Assembly (NCBI GenBank): GCA_965203445.1 | Contig: OZ241883.1 | Coordinates: 1,376,001 to 1,440,000 of the forward strand | Origin: Candidatus Oxydemutator sp. | Lineage (GTDB): Bacteria > Pseudomonadota > Gammaproteobacteria > Poriferisulfidales > Oxydemutatoraceae | Length of the DNA stretch: 64,000 nt | Direction of reading: 5' to 3' | Part shown: piece after piece, positions 1 to 11,200 of the stretch | How the letters are laid out: every line of letters starts with the position of its first letter | Numbering within the stretch: the first letter of the stretch is position 1 | Position numbers and translations under genes: made by a program | The notes under the pieces: model-generated | Told to the model about the DNA's origin: nothing | What the model saw: only the letters and a program-made list of their open reading frames with translations | Database searches by the model: none

Positions 1-2
1 AA

Positions 3-599
3 TACGTCGTCAAGATAGGCGGCAGCCTCTATGCCCGCCCGGAGCTTGGGCGCGTGCTGGCCCGCGTCGCCGATCTGATAAAGGCGCCGCACGGCGCGAT
101 CATCGTTCCCGGTGGCGGCCCGTTCGCGCACCAGGTGCGTCGCGCCCAGAAACGCTGGTTGTTCGCCGACCAGACCGCGCACCGCATGGCGTTGCTGGCG
201 ATGCGCCAATACGGTCACATGATCGCGACACTTGCGGGGCTGCCGGCGACGGAACGGACGCAGGATGCGGCGGCGCACGGCGGCACCGTGTGGTTGCCGT
301 CGGAGGATTGCCGGGCGTGGCTGCCCGAAGATCGCCCGCCCCCCGACTTCGATTGGCACCTGACCTCGGACTCCGTCGCCGCCTGCCTCGCCAGACGTAT
401 CGGCGCAAAGCAGCTGCTGTTGATAAAGGCGGTGTCGGCGGGTGGGGTAGGCGGGGTGGGTGAGATGGGCGATCTGGTGGACGAACGTTTTTGCGGGTTG
501 GTTACGGGAAGCGGAATGCAGGTGGGGTGCGTTTCGGCCAAGGAGTGGATCGCACTGGAACGCATTGATGATTTGGCGGGTTATCTGCTGTATGCATGA
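3..599 (+). CDS. Amino-acid-kinase (uridylate kinase-like) family protein, MfnE/Orf21-like, methanofuran/methylofuran pathway; 5' truncated by the window edge
   Basis: Frame 3 reads YVVKIGGSL from base 3, then IVPGGGPFA, AHRMALLAM and DWHLTSDSVA, motifs typical of the MfnE-like AAK subfamily. Other H4MPT/methylofuran genes lie at 23-26 kb. Confidence 0.75.
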   Translation, partial: YVVKIGGSLYARPELGRVLARVADLIKAPHGAIIVPGGGPFAHQVRRAQKRWLFADQTAHRMALLAMRQYGHMIATLAGLPATERTQDAAAHGGTVWLPSEDCRAWLPEDRPPPDFDWHLTSDSVAACLARRIGAKQLLLIKAVSAGGVGGVGEMGDLVDERFCGLVTGSGMQVGCVSAKEWIALERIDDLAGYLLYA

Positions 600-734
600 A
601 GACGTCGGACTTTGCTCGCCGCCGCTCCCGTTCCCTGCACCTTTCGTCCATCAGCCAATCCTACGCTTTCCATCCGCGTCGCAGGCTTTCCGGCGTTGCC
701 CCTGAAACTATCCGCAAAATGGCAATCCCCCCTC

Positions 735-849
735 TATTGTACAAGTCTGACGCCCCTTAATGGTAAAATCTGACGCCCTCTAACGTACAAACCTGACGTC
801 CCCTAATGGTAAAATCTGACGCCATCTAATGTACAAATCTGACGGTTTT
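735..849. repeat. Five tandem 23-bp repeats, consensus TAATGTACAAATCTGACGCCCYC, alternating A/B variants
   Basis: CTGACG core at 747, 770, 793, 816 and 839 (exact 23-bp period). Units alternate GTACAA and GGTAAA. Confidence 0.9.
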
Positions 850-867
850 CGTCTATACTGAAAACCC

Positions 868-2118
868 ATGGAAACCTGTCCACGCTGGCAGAAGCCCCTA
901 GTCCGGCAGGCCCTGCAATATGCCAGAGCGGTATCGTTGTTGGGCGCCCGCCAATGCGGCAAGACTACTTTGGCAAAGATGCTCGCTTCGAGACGGGCGG
1001 AGTTCCGTTCACTGGACGACAGCGAAACTCTGGAGGCGGCGCGCAATGATCCGAAGGAGTTTGTCCGGCACGACAAATCCACGCTGATCATTGATGAATT
1101 TCAGCGTGTCCCGGATTTGCTTCTGGCCGTCAAGCGGGCGGTGGACGAAGACAACCGCCCCGGCCAATTTCTGCTGACCGGTTCGTCAAACATTTTTGCG
1201 TCGCCCGTCGCAATGGACTCTCTGGCCGGGCGGATACGCAGGATACGACTGCGACCTTTGGCGCGGGGCGAAATCAAAAACGTGGCGCCCGGGTTTCTCG
1301 ACGCCGCGTTCAGCCGGTCTTTTGCGGCGGGGAAAATAGCGGCCGCCGAGGATCGCAACCAGCTGCTTGAACTTGCGTTCCGGGGCGGTTTTCCCGAGGC
1401 GGCGAGGCTGGATCATCGTCGCCGTCGGCAATGGCACGACGATTACCTCGAGTCATTGTTGCAACGCGACTTGAGGGATATATCCGGCATCAGGCGCCAC
1501 GGTGTTTTGCAAGCCCTCGTTGCCGCGACCGCGGCCTGGTCCGGAAAGTACATGAACCTCTCGGCGATTCGCTCCGGCCTGTCCATACATCGCGACACCC
1601 TGGAGAGTTGCCTGGAAGCCCTGAGGCTGCTTTATCTCGTCGAACTCTTGCCGCCCTGGACAAAGACCGACTACGCCCAGGTCGGGAAGCGGCGCAAAAT
1701 TTTCATGACGGATTCCGGGCTGATGGCGTCCGTTCTGGGATGGCGATTGGGCGACGCGCGGTTGGGTTCCGACCAGAGCGGCAAGATATTCGAGACCTTC
1801 GTATTCAACGAACTCGCCGCCCAGGCGGACGCCGAAGAGGACAGGCGCTACACGATTTTCCACTACCGCGACCAGAAGAAACGCGAGATTGATTTTTTGA
1901 TCGAGCGCGAGGACGGCGCGTTGCTCGGCATCGAGGTCAAGGCGAGTTCCACCGTCAAAGGAGAAGACTTCAAACACCTGCGGTGGTTTCAGAAAAATTT
2001 GGCCGGCGAGAATGGGTTTTCCGGAGTCGTCTTGTATACCGGAGACCAAGTGTTGTCGTTCGGATCGGGGACGTGGGCGGTGCCGATCGGAGCATTGTGG
2101 ACGCAGTGGCGCCGGTAA
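868..2118 (+). CDS. AAA+ ATPase with DUF4143 / C-terminal PD-(D/E)XK-like domain (AAA_14 family)
   Basis: Walker A GARQCGKT, Walker B IIDEFQ, LTGSS, SLAGR, GGFPE, C-terminal EIDFLIE...IEVK. Confidence 0.9.
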   Translation: METCPRWQKPLVRQALQYARAVSLLGARQCGKTTLAKMLASRRAEFRSLDDSETLEAARNDPKEFVRHDKSTLIIDEFQRVPDLLLAVKRAVDEDNRPGQFLLTGSSNIFASPVAMDSLAGRIRRIRLRPLARGEIKNVAPGFLDAAFSRSFAAGKIAAAEDRNQLLELAFRGGFPEAARLDHRRRRQWHDDYLESLLQRDLRDISGIRRHGVLQALVAATAAWSGKYMNLSAIRSGLSIHRDTLESCLEALRLLYLVELLPPWTKTDYAQVGKRRKIFMTDSGLMASVLGWRLGDARLGSDQSGKIFETFVFNELAAQADAEEDRRYTIFHYRDQKKREIDFLIEREDGALLGIEVKASSTVKGEDFKHLRWFQKNLAGENGFSGVVLYTGDQVLSFGSGTWAVPIGALWTQWRR

Positions 2119-2321
2119 TCGCAAACACCGATACTCGCAGCACCTGCTGGTGACCGAGACCGCGAAAGCGATTGGTGCCCAACGTCTTCTGACATCATAG
2201 TTTCCATTCGGCAATCGCTGGCGGTTCGCTTTTGCCAGGAACGGCGACCTTCCGCGTTCCGTATATAAGGGGTATGACCCGGCGAGCGTTCAGCCTTATC
2301 TTCTGAGATCCAACATGCAAA

Positions 2322-3227
2322 TCACTTGGCCGCTTTTGCCGCCTTACCACGAGACGCCCTTTTCTTTATTGGATCGGATTGTGGACGAAAAGTGACGCGC
2401 TTTCGCGATATGCCGTTTTTTACCAGTATCAGGAAATAGGAGTGCTGCTTTCGCGCGTGGTTCTGTTTGACTAATCTGCTCACCGCGGGGGCGTTGGCCC
2501 GGACGAGCACAAACAAATCTTTGCAATAAAAGCCGACGTCCATTGCATAATTGATAATGTCCACGTGAGTCAGGCGCTGCACGTTGGCGCAAACCTGGTC
2601 CTGGCATTTGACGATAAGCGTTCCTTTGTCGGTAAGGATGCGGTTTGCCTCGGAAATGGAGTCGAAATACATCGCGAGAACGGCGTCGTGCCAGCGTGGC
2701 CCCGTTCCCTGCTCTTCGTTGCCGTTTGCGTAGTAATTTCGGAAGCTCACGTGTGTTCCGTTCCCCGCCTTTTCCCCTCGTCCGGCGTTCCGATAAAACC
2801 CTTCCATATAAGGCGGATCGAGCACAACGGCGTCGAAGGAAGCGTCGGCATAAGGGAGCCGGCGACAGTCCGTTCCCGTCGCAATGTCCGAAGGGGTCAG
2901 GTCGTATGCACCCTTCGGGACTTTCCTCCAGAACACGCCTTTTCCGTATGTCACATCGGCGATCTTCGAACCTTCCGGGACGTGCAATCGGAGTATGCTC
3001 GGGAATATATCGGCGTTGCTTCCGACGCAGACGGACGTGACCAGATTGGACGTCGTCTCACCCTGCGGCGGTTTGCGCGTGATGGGTTTCCCCGGCCGGC
3101 GGCGTCGGTCGAGGCAATCGGTGATTCCCAGCCGTAACTGAGGGTTATTGCTTGGGGCGTTTTCCATTGTTTGGCCGGAAGCGGATGCGGCTAAGATATT
3201 GTCCAGAATGTTTCTGGCCCTATACAT
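2322..3227 (-). CDS. Orphan amino-DNA (N6A/N4C) methyltransferase
   Basis: SAM-binding motif DVTYGKGVFW and catalytic LDPPY. The true start may be downstream of the ORF start. Confidence 0.75.
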   Translation of the reverse strand: MYRARNILDNILAASASGQTMENAPSNNPQLRLGITDCLDRRRRPGKPITRKPPQGETTSNLVTSVCVGSNADIFPSILRLHVPEGSKIADVTYGKGVFWRKVPKGAYDLTPSDIATGTDCRRLPYADASFDAVVLDPPYMEGFYRNAGRGEKAGNGTHVSFRNYYANGNEEQGTGPRWHDAVLAMYFDSISEANRILTDKGTLIVKCQDQVCANVQRLTHVDIINYAMDVGFYCKDLFVLVRANAPAVSRLVKQNHARKQHSYFLILVKNGISRKRVTFRPQSDPIKKRASRGKAAKAAK

Positions 3228-3399
3228 ACCTTTCCGTATCGTTGGATGTGTGATTATGGCGTTGCGACCGCTAATCGAATAATAACGTCCAGTGGTTCAT
3301 CCGGTTACCGGCATGGTAATAAAATGGGAAGCCAGACGTAAGCTGCGTCCGTCGCCGACGGTTCCGCGGGCGGGCGGACAATCAACGGAAAACACAGTC

Positions 3400-5169
3400 A
3401 TGCGTTATAGCGACGAGGACATCATTCGCCGGCTGCGCCTGGGCGAGGACAGTGGTTGGGAGTTTCAGCAGGTCGAGTTCAGCGGCAGCTGCCCGAGCAA
3501 GCCGAGCAGGTCCCAATGGGCGGATGAAATTGCGGCGTTCGCCAATGCGAAAGGCGGCGTGCTGCTTTGCGGTGTTACCGACGATGGAGAAGTGCAGGGT
3601 ATGTCGCGTGAGCAGATTGTCGCATTGGACGCTTTCCTGGTCGAAGTGAGCACCGATTCCATCCACCCGCCTGTACGCATCAACACCGAACACAAGGAAT
3701 TGCCCGGCGGCAAACTTCTGTTGGTGGAAATCCCGGAAGGCGATGCGCGGCACGACAGCCCCGGCGGTAGCTACATCCGGACGGGGGCAACGAAGCGAAA
3801 GATGATCGGCGACGAGCGGATGCGCTTGACGCAACGCCGCGGCCAAGCGCGTTTCCGCCGGTTTGATGAGCAGGTCGTGCCGGACACCGGTTTTCACACA
3901 TTGGAGGAAGCGCTTTGGAGGCCCCTGCTGAGCGCTGAGGGAGCGGCCAACCCCGAACCGGCGCTGACAAAGCTGGCGTTGCTGGCGCCCGACGAAGCCG
4001 GCATCGTGCGCGCGACGGTTGCCGGAGTGCTGTTGTGCACCCAGAATCCCGAACAATGGCTCCCCAATGCCGGTATCACGGCCACCCGTTATCGCGGAAA
4101 GGATCGCGCCTCCGGCCAGGTGGACGCGCAGGAAATCGTCGGCCCGCTGAACCGGCAGATTGCGGACGCGGTCGCTTTCGCAATACGCAACATGCACGTT
4201 GCGGCGCGCAAAGAACCGGCCCGCGTGGACATGCCCCAATACAGCGACAAAGCCTTGTTCGAGGCTCTGGTCAACGCCGTGGCGCATCGTGATTACTCGA
4301 TACGCGGCAGCAGGATTCGCCTGTCCATGTTCGACGACCACCTGGAAATCCAGTCGCCCGGGTCGCTGCCGAACAACCTGACCGTGGACAGCATGGAGCA
4401 GCGGCAAGCCACCCGCAATGAAACGCTGACTTCGAGGTTCAGGCGAATGCCGGTGGGGGAGGTCCGGGGTTCGGAAGACCGGCGCTGGTTCATGGAACGT
4501 TGCGGAGACGGCGTTCCGATTATTCTGCGCGAGACCCGAAAACTTTGCGGAAAGCCGCCGCTATACGAGGTGATAGACGAATCGGAAGTGTGCCTGACTA
4601 TTCCCGCGGCGTCACAGGAGCAAAGCGCCGCCCGTGCCGTCGTCACCGTGCGGTGCGCCGGCGATCCGCTGGCCGGTGCCGACGTACTGGCCCTGTTCCC
4701 CAACAACACCTGGAAACGCGCGACGACCGACGAACACGGGGAGGCGGCCCTCGATCTGCATTCCACCCATCTGCCGATGACGGTGTTTGCCGCCGCCGCG
4801 GACCACACCGCCCATGCCCACTACGACTGGACACCCGCAGAGTGCGGGCTTGCTCTCGAATTGGACGCGCTGCCCGACGGCGGCGGCGTCATTTTCCCCG
4901 ACTCGACCGGCACAATTCCGGGAATCAACGGCCGCCTGAACCCGATCCGCGACCCCCACGACCGCACGTATCTGTATGCATCCAACGTCGCCATTGACAA
5001 GGGCCGCCCCCAACCCGTCCATTTCATCCCCGGTGAACCCCTGCGCCTGACCGACGCCGACGGAAACGAAACACAGGTGCGCATCGTCGCGATAGTCGGG
5101 AGGTCGGCGCTGGTGGAGTATCGGGCGTGTTCGGGCGGGGAGGGGGGGGGGGGGGGGGGGGGGGGGTAG
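3400..5169 (+). CDS. Schlafen/AlbA_2 DNA-binding domain + HATPase_c_4 (RecG C-terminal-like) protein with extra C-terminal domain
   Basis: GEDSGWEF, AAFANAKGGVLLCGVTDDG (AlbA_2), EALVNAVAHRDY, IQSPGSLP, ERCGDGV (HATPase_c_4). ATG at 3400. The ORF ends in a poly-G run. Confidence 0.85.
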   Translation: MRYSDEDIIRRLRLGEDSGWEFQQVEFSGSCPSKPSRSQWADEIAAFANAKGGVLLCGVTDDGEVQGMSREQIVALDAFLVEVSTDSIHPPVRINTEHKELPGGKLLLVEIPEGDARHDSPGGSYIRTGATKRKMIGDERMRLTQRRGQARFRRFDEQVVPDTGFHTLEEALWRPLLSAEGAANPEPALTKLALLAPDEAGIVRATVAGVLLCTQNPEQWLPNAGITATRYRGKDRASGQVDAQEIVGPLNRQIADAVAFAIRNMHVAARKEPARVDMPQYSDKALFEALVNAVAHRDYSIRGSRIRLSMFDDHLEIQSPGSLPNNLTVDSMEQRQATRNETLTSRFRRMPVGEVRGSEDRRWFMERCGDGVPIILRETRKLCGKPPLYEVIDESEVCLTIPAASQEQSAARAVVTVRCAGDPLAGADVLALFPNNTWKRATTDEHGEAALDLHSTHLPMTVFAAAADHTAHAHYDWTPAECGLALELDALPDGGGVIFPDSTGTIPGINGRLNPIRDPHDRTYLYASNVAIDKGRPQPVHFIPGEPLRLTDADGNETQVRIVAIVGRSALVEYRACSGGEGGGGGGGG

Positions 5170-5240
5170 GCGTATGGTTGGCCGATCCTCGGATTGAAAT
5201 CTACACGCCCCCCCCCCCCCCCCCCCCCCCCCCCCGGACA
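5128..5240. repeat. Poly-G (5142-5166) / poly-C (5208-5235) inverted pair forming a long potential hairpin
   Basis: 25 G and 28 C separated by 41 nt. The flanks TGTTCGGG and CCCGGACA also pair. Confidence 0.7.
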
Positions 5241-5266
5241 ACATTATTCGAAATTCCAAATAGGAA

Positions 5267-8200
5267 GTGCTCAACGTCTTTCGGCATCATAGATTGATTT
5301 GCCGCGCCGCGAATCCAGCACACGCCGTCGACCGCATCGGTGCTCAACGCCTTTCGGCATCATAGATTGATTTGCACCAAGTTACACGTGTTGATGTTAT
5401 TACAGGTGCCGTGCTCAACGCCTTTCGGCATCATAGATTGATTTGCTTCCGACACCGGTTCGTTTCCGGCGTGGAACGAGGCGTGCTCAACGCCTTTCGG
5501 CATCATAGATTGATTTGCCGTATTGCCTGTTCTTTTAATATATCTTCTCGAATGTGCTCAACGCCTTTCGGCATCATAGATTGATTTGCCACCGACGCCA
5601 CCGACGCCACCGGCGAACGCCGGGCGGTGCTCAACGCCTTTCGGCATCATAGATTGATTTGCACCGCCACCGGCGACGCCACCGCCGCAGGCGGTGCTCA
5701 ACGCCTTTCGGCATCATAGATTGATTTGCCTCAAAAAATGGCATCTGAGCACGCTTCTCGTGCATGTGCTCAACGCCTTTCGGCATCATAGATTGATTTG
5801 CATAGCAGTCACGGATTGATGTATGCGCCGAAGAAAGTGCTCAACGCCTTTCGGCATCATAGATTGATTTGCACTACCGGAAAAAGAAGAGGACAAAACA
5901 AATGTCCGTGCTCAACGCCTTTCGGCATCATAGATTGATTTGCCCGCCTGCTGTGCGGCGACGGCACCGAGGAGGAGTGGTGCTCAACGCCTTTCGGCAT
6001 CATAGATTGATTTGCCACCGTGGGCGCACCCTCGCCAGCCACCGTCAACGGTGCTCAACGCCTTTCGGCATCATAGATTGATTTGCGCAGGCGCAGCCGG
6101 CTGACGCGCAGATTCTCAAGAGTGCTCAACGCCTTTCGGCATCATAGATTGATTTGCTTGCCCGGCGACGACAGGGCGTTCGCCCAACAAAGCGTGCTCA
6201 ACGCCTTTCGGCATCATAGATTGATTTGCCGCATCGTCGCGCTGTTGATCCTGTCCTGTAATGGCGTGCTCAACGCCTTTCGGCATCATAGATTGATTTG
6301 CTGCAGCTCCCACGACTCCGCGAACAACGACGCGAGTGCTCAACGCCTTTCGGCATCATAGATTGATTTGCCGCATCGTCGCGCTGTTGATCCTGTCCTG
6401 TAATGGCGTGCTCAACGCCTTTCGGCATCATAGATTGATTTGCTGCAGCTCCCACGACTCCGCGAACAACGACGCGAGTGCTCAACGCCTTTCGGCATCA
6501 TAGATTGATTTGCCACCGGCACGTCCGCCGCGAGCACAGAATAATAAGGTGCTCAACGCCTTTCGGCATCATAGATTGATTTGCTACTCGGACGCTAAGG
6601 CGTCTAGAGACCGCTTCGGGTGCTCAACGCCTTTCGGCATCATAGATTGATTTGCATGCGCGTCGGACGGCCTTGCCGCGGCCGGATTCGAGTGCTCAAC
6701 GCCTTTCGGCATCATAGATTGATTTGCGCGCCGCGCGCACGTCCCTGTCGCGGGTGGCTGCGTGCTCAACGCCTTTCGGCATCATAGATTGATTTGCCGG
6801 CGCCGGCCGCTGGAAGGGCCGGGTCACCTTCTCGTGCTCAACGCCTTTCGGCATCATAGATTGATTTGCATGCCGGCGCCCGTGTTCAATTTCAATTTTG
6901 AGATGTGCTCAACGCCTTTCGGCATCATAGATTGATTTGCCAGCTCCACGTTCTCGATTACGGTCGCCGGGTGGCGTGCTCAACGCCTTTCGGCATCATA
7001 GATTGATTTGCACGCGGGTTACCTTAAAAAGCCCGTATCCCGGCGTGTGCTCAACGCCTTTCGGCATCATAGATTGATTTGCTAATAATCCCCGGCATAT
7101 AGGCCCGTGTACGTTTGTGCTCAACGCCTTTCGGCATCATAGATTGATTTGCAGGTAAAGTTCCGAAGCTGATGCCCTCAAAAGGTGGTGCTCAACGCCT
7201 TTCGGCATCATAGATTGATTTGCCTCGATGATGCGGGGGCGGTATTGTCCGTCCCCGTGTGTGCTCAACGCCTTTCGGCATCATAGATTGATTTGCGCGT
7301 TTGGCAGGCGGCCAAATTTTACGCGGCAGAAGTGCTCAACGCCTTTCGGCATCATAGATTGATTTGCCTACAGAACAATGGATAGCCTATACCGGGGATG
7401 TTGTGCTCAACGCCTTTCGGCATCATAGATTGATTTGCACGCTGGGGATTTTTTTGATTGCGCCTGGACGCAAGTGCTCAACGCCTTTCGGCATCATAGA
7501 TTGATTTGCGATGCAAATTTGCATTTGCAAATGGAATCCGTCGGGTGCTCAACGCCTTTCGGCATCATAGATTGATTTGCGCCTCATCGCCAGGCGGGGT
7601 AACGCCAAGCAAGTGTGCTCAACGCCTTTCGGCATCATAGATTGATTTGCTGCGTGAACGTATCACCGGCTATCACCGGCCAAAGTGCTCAACGCCTTTC
7701 GGCATCATAGATTGATTTGCCCGGAATAATGCGTCGTCGCGGTGAATTTGCCGTGCGGTGCTCAACGCCTTTCGGCATCATAGATTGATTTGCTGATTGT
7801 CCAGGTGCCACAAATCGGCGAGGACGAGGTGCTCAACGCCTTTCGGCATCATAGATTGATTTGCCCGAAAAACAGCGCTCCCAGAGTAGATAATACCACT
7901 GTGCTCAACGCCTTTCGGCATCATAGATTGATTTGCACCGGTGATGCGCCCGTGCCTGGCGACGGCCAGGCGTGCTCAACGCCTTTCGGCATCATAGATT
8001 GATTTGCATATTACTGATTTATAATCTAAATTTTACTACCCTAGTGCTCAACGCCTTTCGGCATCATAGATTGATTTGCAATGATTATGATGTGGAGGCC
8101 AGCGCGGATGCCGGTGCTCAACGCCTTTCGGCATCATAGATTGATTTGCGGTGCTCGCGGGCGCGGCGTCCGAGCCAGCGCGAGGTGCTCAACGCCTTTC

Positions 8201-11200
8201 GGCATCATAGATTGATTTGCGCGTCCCGGGCTTCTTTTTGGCCGTCGAACACCAGTGCTCAACGCCTTTCGGCATCATAGATTGATTTGCCAAGAGCCAG
8301 GCAGCCTCAACTTCCTCAAGACCAAGTGCTCAACGCCTTTCGGCATCATAGATTGATTTGCCAGCTTCGGCGCGGGCCTAACTTTAGAACGAGTAAGGTG
8401 CTCAACGCCTTTCGGCATCATAGATTGATTTGCACTTGGACGGTCTGGCACTCATGGAACAGAGCATAGGTGCTCAACGCCTTTCGGCATCATAGATTGA
8501 TTTGCTCCGCGAGGCGATGTCCGGCGCCGGGCGCGTTGTGTGGTGCTCAACGCCTTTCGGCATCATAGATTGATTTGCCTATTATTATCGAGCTTGGACG
8601 GATCACTTGGAAGTGCTCAACGCCTTTCGGCATCATAGATTGATTTGCTCTGGAAATGCTCGATTTTGAACAGGTCAAAAGCGGGTGCTCAACGCCTTTC
8701 GGCATCATAGATTGATTTGCCGACGCCTGCCCTGCCCGCCGATACCGGCGGGCGGTGCTCAACGCCTTTCGGCATCATAGATTGATTTGCGCTATGGAAA
8801 GAATATAAAAAAGTCCGTACATAATGTGTGCTCAACGCCTTTCGGCATCATAGATTGATTTGCAAGGAGAAGAGGAGGACTTCGGGGGGCGTTTCCGTGT
8901 GCTCAACGCCTTTCGGCATCATAGATTGATTTGCCTATGTGTGTTTGGCAGGGATGGTGATGCTTGAAAGGTGCTCAACGCCTTTCGGCATCATAGATTG
9001 ATTTGCAAAGACTATTCTTTTGTAAGGCTTTAATTAGCTGCGTGCTCAACGCCTTTCGGCATCATAGATTGATTTGCTGATCCGCAGCAGCGGCAGGATC
9101 ACCAGTGCCCAAGTGCTCAACGCCTTTCGGCATCATAGATTGATTTGCGTCCGCAGGGTTGTCCACGCCGGCGACATGCTCGAGTGCTCAACGCCTTTCG
9201 GCATCATAGATTGATTTGCGCGCCGGCGGTTTATTCCGCCGACACCTCTATTAGTGCTCAACGCCTTTCGGCATCATAGATTGATTTGCCGAAAGATAAC
9301 CGGCTTGGAAAAATGGTGGTCAGTGTGTGCTCAACGCCTTTCGGCATCATAGATTGATTTGCCCCAAGACAGCGCAATCATTCGAGTCGCCGGGAAGTGC
9401 TCAACGCCTTTCGGCATCATAGATTGATTTGCCGGTCAGGATATGGTTGTTCAAACTCCGGAGCGCGGTGCTCAACGCCTTTCGGCATCATAGATTGATT
9501 TGCATGGATAATTCTTTTGGTGATTTACGCTACGCGGTGTGCTCAACGCCTTTCGGCATCATAGATTGATTTGCTATCGAGAGTTCTTGACCCGTTATTT
9601 CAACGAGCGGTGCTCAACGCCTTTCGGCATCATAGATTGATTTGCATGGTCAAAAACTTTTCCCTGGTACACCCTGCCGCGTGCTCAACGCCTTTCGGCA
9701 TCATAGATTGATTTGCGCGTCCGTGCCGATGGCGTCCATGCCGACGGCGTCGTGCTCAACGCCTTTCGGCATCATAGATTGATTTGCTGCCAGAGTAGTT
9801 GCCAAGCGAGGGCTGATCAGTGCGTGCTCAACGCCTTTCGGCATCATAGATTGATTTGCTGACGGAAAGTGTCGCCAGCGATAAGAGGGAACAGTGCTCA
9901 ACGCCTTTCGGCATCATAGATTGATTTGCAAGACAAAACAAAATTTCAATAAGAATCAAAAACTTAGTGCTCAACGCCTTTCGGCATCATAGATTGATTT
10001 GCCGAGGACAGGAAGATCAACCATAAGCCCGACCGGGTGCTCAACGCCTTTCGGCATCATAGATTGATTTGCTTCATTTATTATTATCATTTATAAGTTT
10101 ATATTATTTGTGCTCAACGCCTTTCGGCATCATAGATTGATTTGCCGCCATTTGACAGGCCTGGTATAATGATAAAGATGGTGCTCAACGCCTTTCGGCA
10201 TCATAGATTGATTTGCATCTTCGTTTTGGGTTTGCCTGGCCCGTGATATTGTGTGCTCAACGCCTTTCGGCATCATAGATTGATTTGCCCTGTAACCGCC
10301 CACTTGCCACATACGCCAGTTCGTGTGCTCAACGCCTTTCGGCATCATAGATTGATTTGCAATACCGCGACCACGGCGCCGCCCTCGATCACGCAGTGCT
10401 CAACGCCTTTCGGCATCATAGATTGATTTGCCGGCGCCATGCCCGGCAGCGTCAGCTCGCCAGTGAGTGCTCAACGCCTTTCGGCATCATAGATTGATTT
10501 GCTTCAAGCACGACGTTCGAGGCGCGCGTCGGCAACGCGTGCTCAACGCCTTTCGGCATCATAGATTGATTTGCGAGGGCTGATCAGTGCCATTGACATC
10601 ATGGCCAGAGTGCTCAACGCCTTTCGGCATCATAGATTGATTTGCCTGACCAAAAGGAACAAGCCCAAGCGATCTAGTGCGTGCTCAACGCCTTTCGGCA
10701 TCATAGATTGATTTGCATGCCGGAACGTATCACCGGCAATCAGCGGGAAAAGTGCTCAACGCCTTTCGGCATCATAGATTGATTTGCCGCCGTCTTTGTC
10801 GGTTCGTTCGGAAAGGACACTGCGTGCTCAACGCCTTTCGGCATCATAGATTGATTTGCGAGCGCTTGTCGTCAAAATCGTCCTTCAACACGGGTGCTCA
10901 ACGCCTTTCGGCATCATAGATTGATTTGCGTCCAGATACACACCATATATCGAATCGTTGTCAATGTGCTCAACGCCTTTCGGCATCATAGATTGATTTG
11001 CCTCATGAACATCAAGAGGAATAAAGAACGAAGTAGTGCTCAACGCCTTTCGGCATCATAGATTGATTTGCTCTCGCCAAGACGCTCGAAAGGAAAGCCG
11101 GAAAGATGTGCTCAACGCCTTTCGGCATCATAGATTGATTTGCCCCATGCAGGCCCTGAACACCGCGCCCACATCGGCTATGTGCTCAACGCCTTTCGGC

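Noticed and set aside
10503-10538. Spacer with partial similarity to gyrA (~48296-48331), a possible self-target
   Set aside because: Only about 24 of 36 matches in GC-rich sequence and no ATG PAM, which is compatible with chance.
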